DNA of 64,000 nt from a virus: positions 1 to 64,000 of IMG/VR virus record IMGVR_UViG_3300044612_001255; one strand, 5' to 3'. Below the pieces are notes generated by a model. The model was not told the origin of the DNA and did no database searches. It saw only the letters and a list, made by a program, of their open reading frames with translations. The translations under genes were made by a program, and so were the position numbers. Of this stretch, positions 61,411-64,000 are shown in pieces; position 1 is the stretch's first letter, and each line of letters opens with the position of its first letter.

Positions 61411-61477
61411 TAAAATATGGAAAAATTAACATTAATGCTATACGTATCAAAAAAACAACAATTTTGATTATTCCCTA

Positions 61478-61508
61478 TTTGATTATTTTACAAACGAAAG
61501 TACATTTA
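61478..61508 (+). promoter_or_regulatory. Bacteroidota-type promoter for the capsid operon
   Basis: TTTG, 19-nt spacer, TACATTTA. Confidence 0.5.
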
Positions 61509-61543
61509 TATCATACAAACCAATCAAATAATTAACTACATAT

Positions 61544-62785
61544 ATGGCAGACAACCTAGACACTCCGTCATTTGGTAACTTCGGTATTGAAGATACTATG
61601 GAAATGGGGATAGGTAACACACAGTTGTTGGACGATTTGTTTTCTCCAGAAACTTCTACAGAAGATCCTGATAAGTTAGAAACAATCATAAAGACAGCAG
61701 ATGAACCAAAAGCTCCTAAAAAACCAGAAGTATCAAAAGGTAAAGAAGTTGTCCAAAAGCTAGATGGTGAGGAAACCACTCAACAAGATGTTTTAAAAAA
61801 CTTTCTTGGAGATGATGAAGACGAAGAATCAGAAGAAGATGATGTTGTAACACCACCAACCAAAGCTAAAGCAGAAGCTGAAGAAGAGGAAGACGATGTT
61901 GCAGAATCACCATTTGTTTCTTTATCGAAGGACCTTTTCAAACTTGGTGTTTTTACACAAGATGATGATGAAGAGGATACAGTTATTGAAACACCAGAAC
62001 AATTCCTGGAAAAATTCAATGCAGAGAAGAAGAAAGGTGCAATCGAGATTGTTGACAACTTCATTAGTCAGTTTGGAGAAGATTACCAAAAAGCGTTTGA
62101 TGCCATATTTGTAAAAGGAGCAGATCCTAAAGATTATTTTGGCGTATATAACAATGTAGTGAGCTTTGCTGAATTGGATTTGTCAGTTGAAGACAACCAA
62201 GTTAGAGTTATCAAACAAGCCTTGACAGATCAAGGATTCGATAATGAAGATGTCACTACAGAAATTGAAAGACTTAGAAACTACGGTGATTTAGAAACAG
62301 TTGCTAGCAAGCATCACAAAGTGCTTGTTAAGAAGGAAGCAGCAAAGTTGCAACAGATGGAGCAACAAGCTGAACAACAACTTCAGCAGAAAGCAATGGT
62401 TCGAAATCAGTATATTCAAAACGTTCAGTCTGTCCTCCAAGACAAATTGAAAACAAAGGAGTTTGATGGAATTCCATTAAACCCCAAATTGGCATCAGAA
62501 CTACAAGACTTCCTTTTGGTAGACAAGTACAAAACTCCTTCAGGTGAAACCCTGACAGATTTTGACAAGACTATCCTGGAACTTAAGAGACCTGAGAACC
62601 ACGCTGCAAAAGTTAAGCTGGGACTTCTTCTTAAGATTTTAGAAAAAGATCCTACGTTATCTACCATACAAAGAACAGGAGTGACTAAGAAGTCAACCCA
62701 GTTGTTTGAGGAAGTTGCGAGACAGACTAGTAAAAAACCTGGTTCTGGTGGCAATTCTGGAAAAGCGAACTCATGGTTCTTATAA
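61544..62785 (+). CDS. Acidic scaffold-like protein between portal and MCP
   Basis: D/E-rich N-terminus, helical C-terminus, conserved crAss-like position. Confidence 0.7.
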   Translation: MADNLDTPSFGNFGIEDTMEMGIGNTQLLDDLFSPETSTEDPDKLETIIKTADEPKAPKKPEVSKGKEVVQKLDGEETTQQDVLKNFLGDDEDEESEEDDVVTPPTKAKAEAEEEEDDVAESPFVSLSKDLFKLGVFTQDDDEEDTVIETPEQFLEKFNAEKKKGAIEIVDNFISQFGEDYQKAFDAIFVKGADPKDYFGVYNNVVSFAELDLSVEDNQVRVIKQALTDQGFDNEDVTTEIERLRNYGDLETVASKHHKVLVKKEAAKLQQMEQQAEQQLQQKAMVRNQYIQNVQSVLQDKLKTKEFDGIPLNPKLASELQDFLLVDKYKTPSGETLTDFDKTILELKRPENHAAKVKLGLLLKILEKDPTLSTIQRTGVTKKSTQLFEEVARQTSKKPGSGGNSGKANSWFL

Positions 62786-62810
62786 ATTAAATAAAACAAA
62801 GTAAAAAACA

Positions 62811-64000
62811 ATGGCAATTCAAACAATCCCAGGTTTAACTGGCTTTACCTATGCCCGTGTTGCGTCAATGGACAAACGTGCTGTAGGAAAGCTAACTGAT
62901 TCAAATCACTTGGAGTCATTTCACTCTACTGAGCCAGCTGATTATGACAAGAAGATTATCTCCTTGTACACTCAGAGCTCATTGTATAGCAATGACTTCC
63001 TTGATATGATCAACAAGTCCACTCCCTATTACATCGACAACAACAGCGATTCTTGGAAGTGGGATGTTCAAGTTCCTTACAAATTCCCTAAAATCATCGA
63101 CATCCCTAGCTCTACTGCTGAGTTGAGCAAGCCAGGTATTGATGGCCAGGAGTTTCAGGTGGTATTGGACACTAACGAATTCTCTAAGAACGCTATCGTT
63201 TCTGTAGGTTCTCGTCAGTATGGTCCAAGATGGTACGCTGTAAAAGATCCAGTTCCATGGAATGCAGGCTTCCTTTACACTTTCACATTGGTGTCTGATA
63301 ACCCAATCATGGATTTTGTAAGCTCTACTTTCTTGCAAATTGGTATCGAACTAGAACTAGTTGATGCTGCAATTGGTGAATTTGATCAGGACCTTCTTGG
63401 ATTACCAAGACTTGGTGAGAAAATCACTATGTTCGAATCTCTTGGTTCTGGATATGGTTTTGAGCACCAAGTTACTGCATGGGCTGATGATAAGACTATG
63501 CGTGATGCTTCTGGTAAACCTCTTGATATTTTGGTGTACGCTCCTCAGCGTAGAAACCAACTTCCTTTAACTCGTAATGATGTTAAGTGGGAGCCATTCG
63601 TAGAATTCATGTTAAGAAAAGCAATGCTTGAACTTAAGGTGAAGCGAATGATCTGGTCTAAGCCAGGCACTGTAAAAACTAATGGATCTAAGCAAGAATT
63701 GAAGCGTGTGTCTGCTGGTGTTTACCACAGAATGCGTAACAATGGTAACTTGGTACAATACAACCGTGGAGAATTCTCCGCAAACCTTATCCGTTCCGTA
63801 TTTGGAGACTTGTTCTACAGACGTGTGGATGTTAAGGATAGAAGAGTTAAAATGTACACTAACGAAGCTGGCTTCGATGTGTTCCAGCAGGCTCTTAAAA
63901 CAGATGCTTTGAACTCTGGTCTTACTTTCATGGCAGATAGCGGTAACCGTTACATGCAAGGAGAAGGACAGCACATCACTTACAACTTTGCATTCGATGC
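62811..64000 (+). CDS. Major capsid protein, 3'-truncated (absent from the ORF track)
   Basis: ATG at 62811 (MAIQTIPGLTGFTYARVASMDKRAVGKLTDSNHL...), no stop before the window end. Follows terL-portal-scaffold. Confidence 0.85.
   Translation, partial: MAIQTIPGLTGFTYARVASMDKRAVGKLTDSNHLESFHSTEPADYDKKIISLYTQSSLYSNDFLDMINKSTPYYIDNNSDSWKWDVQVPYKFPKIIDIPSSTAELSKPGIDGQEFQVVLDTNEFSKNAIVSVGSRQYGPRWYAVKDPVPWNAGFLYTFTLVSDNPIMDFVSSTFLQIGIELELVDAAIGEFDQDLLGLPRLGEKITMFESLGSGYGFEHQVTAWADDKTMRDASGKPLDILVYAPQRRNQLPLTRNDVKWEPFVEFMLRKAMLELKVKRMIWSKPGTVKTNGSKQELKRVSAGVYHRMRNNGNLVQYNRGEFSANLIRSVFGDLFYRRVDVKDRRVKMYTNEAGFDVFQQALKTDALNSGLTFMADSGNRYMQGEGQHITYNFAFD

Noticed and set aside
62979-63974. Short ORFs listed at the window end
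   Set aside because: Shadows of the major capsid ORF starting at 62811, which the track omitted because it has no stop within the window.
1-64000. Stop-codon reassignment as in some Crassvirales
   Set aside because: Long genes are intact in the standard code, and TAA, TGA and TAG (e.g. 19890-19892) all end genes at sensible places.
1-64000. Prophage, integrase or host chromosomal DNA (suggested by recA, ung and GTs)
   Set aside because: No integrase or housekeeping context. These genes are coupled within phage operons.

Overview
A 64-kb segment of a lytic, Crassvirales-like dsDNA phage. The host is very probably Bacteroidota: promoters follow the TTTG-N19-21-TAnnTTT[G/A] pattern and start regions are A-rich without obvious Shine-Dalgarno sites. 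Layout: (i) 1-24.6 kb, mostly + strand, late/virion region with the end of a large virion protein, two Gly-Thr-Ser collagen-like fibre genes, an inverted glycosylation cassette, a lysis cassette, small poly-Thr proteins around a peptide-O-glycosyltransferase-like gene, and Lys-rich internal proteins; (ii) 24.7-54.9 kb, - strand, a second glycosylation cassette, replication/recombination genes (RecA, PD-(D/E)XK nuclease, rIIA/rIIB, UDG, primase, SSB-like, AAA ATPase, SF2 and DnaB helicases, PolB), a tRNA-like RNA and small early genes; (iii) 55.1-64 kb, + strand, IHF-like gene, terminase, portal, scaffold-like protein and the truncated major capsid gene. Two candidate novel systems stand out. 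(A) A chemoreceptor-type PAS domain fused to a holin-like two-TM tail sits inside the holin-endolysin operon, suggesting sensor-controlled lysis timing. (B) A phage-encoded mucin-like protein O-glycosylation system: an HPAT/SGT1-like transferase flanked by poly-Thr-tagged miniproteins, a TibC/Aah-type three-domain transferase beside Pro-free (Gly-Thr-Ser)n fibres, and further GTs and methyltransferases. All family assignments come from motif recognition by eye; no database searches were run.
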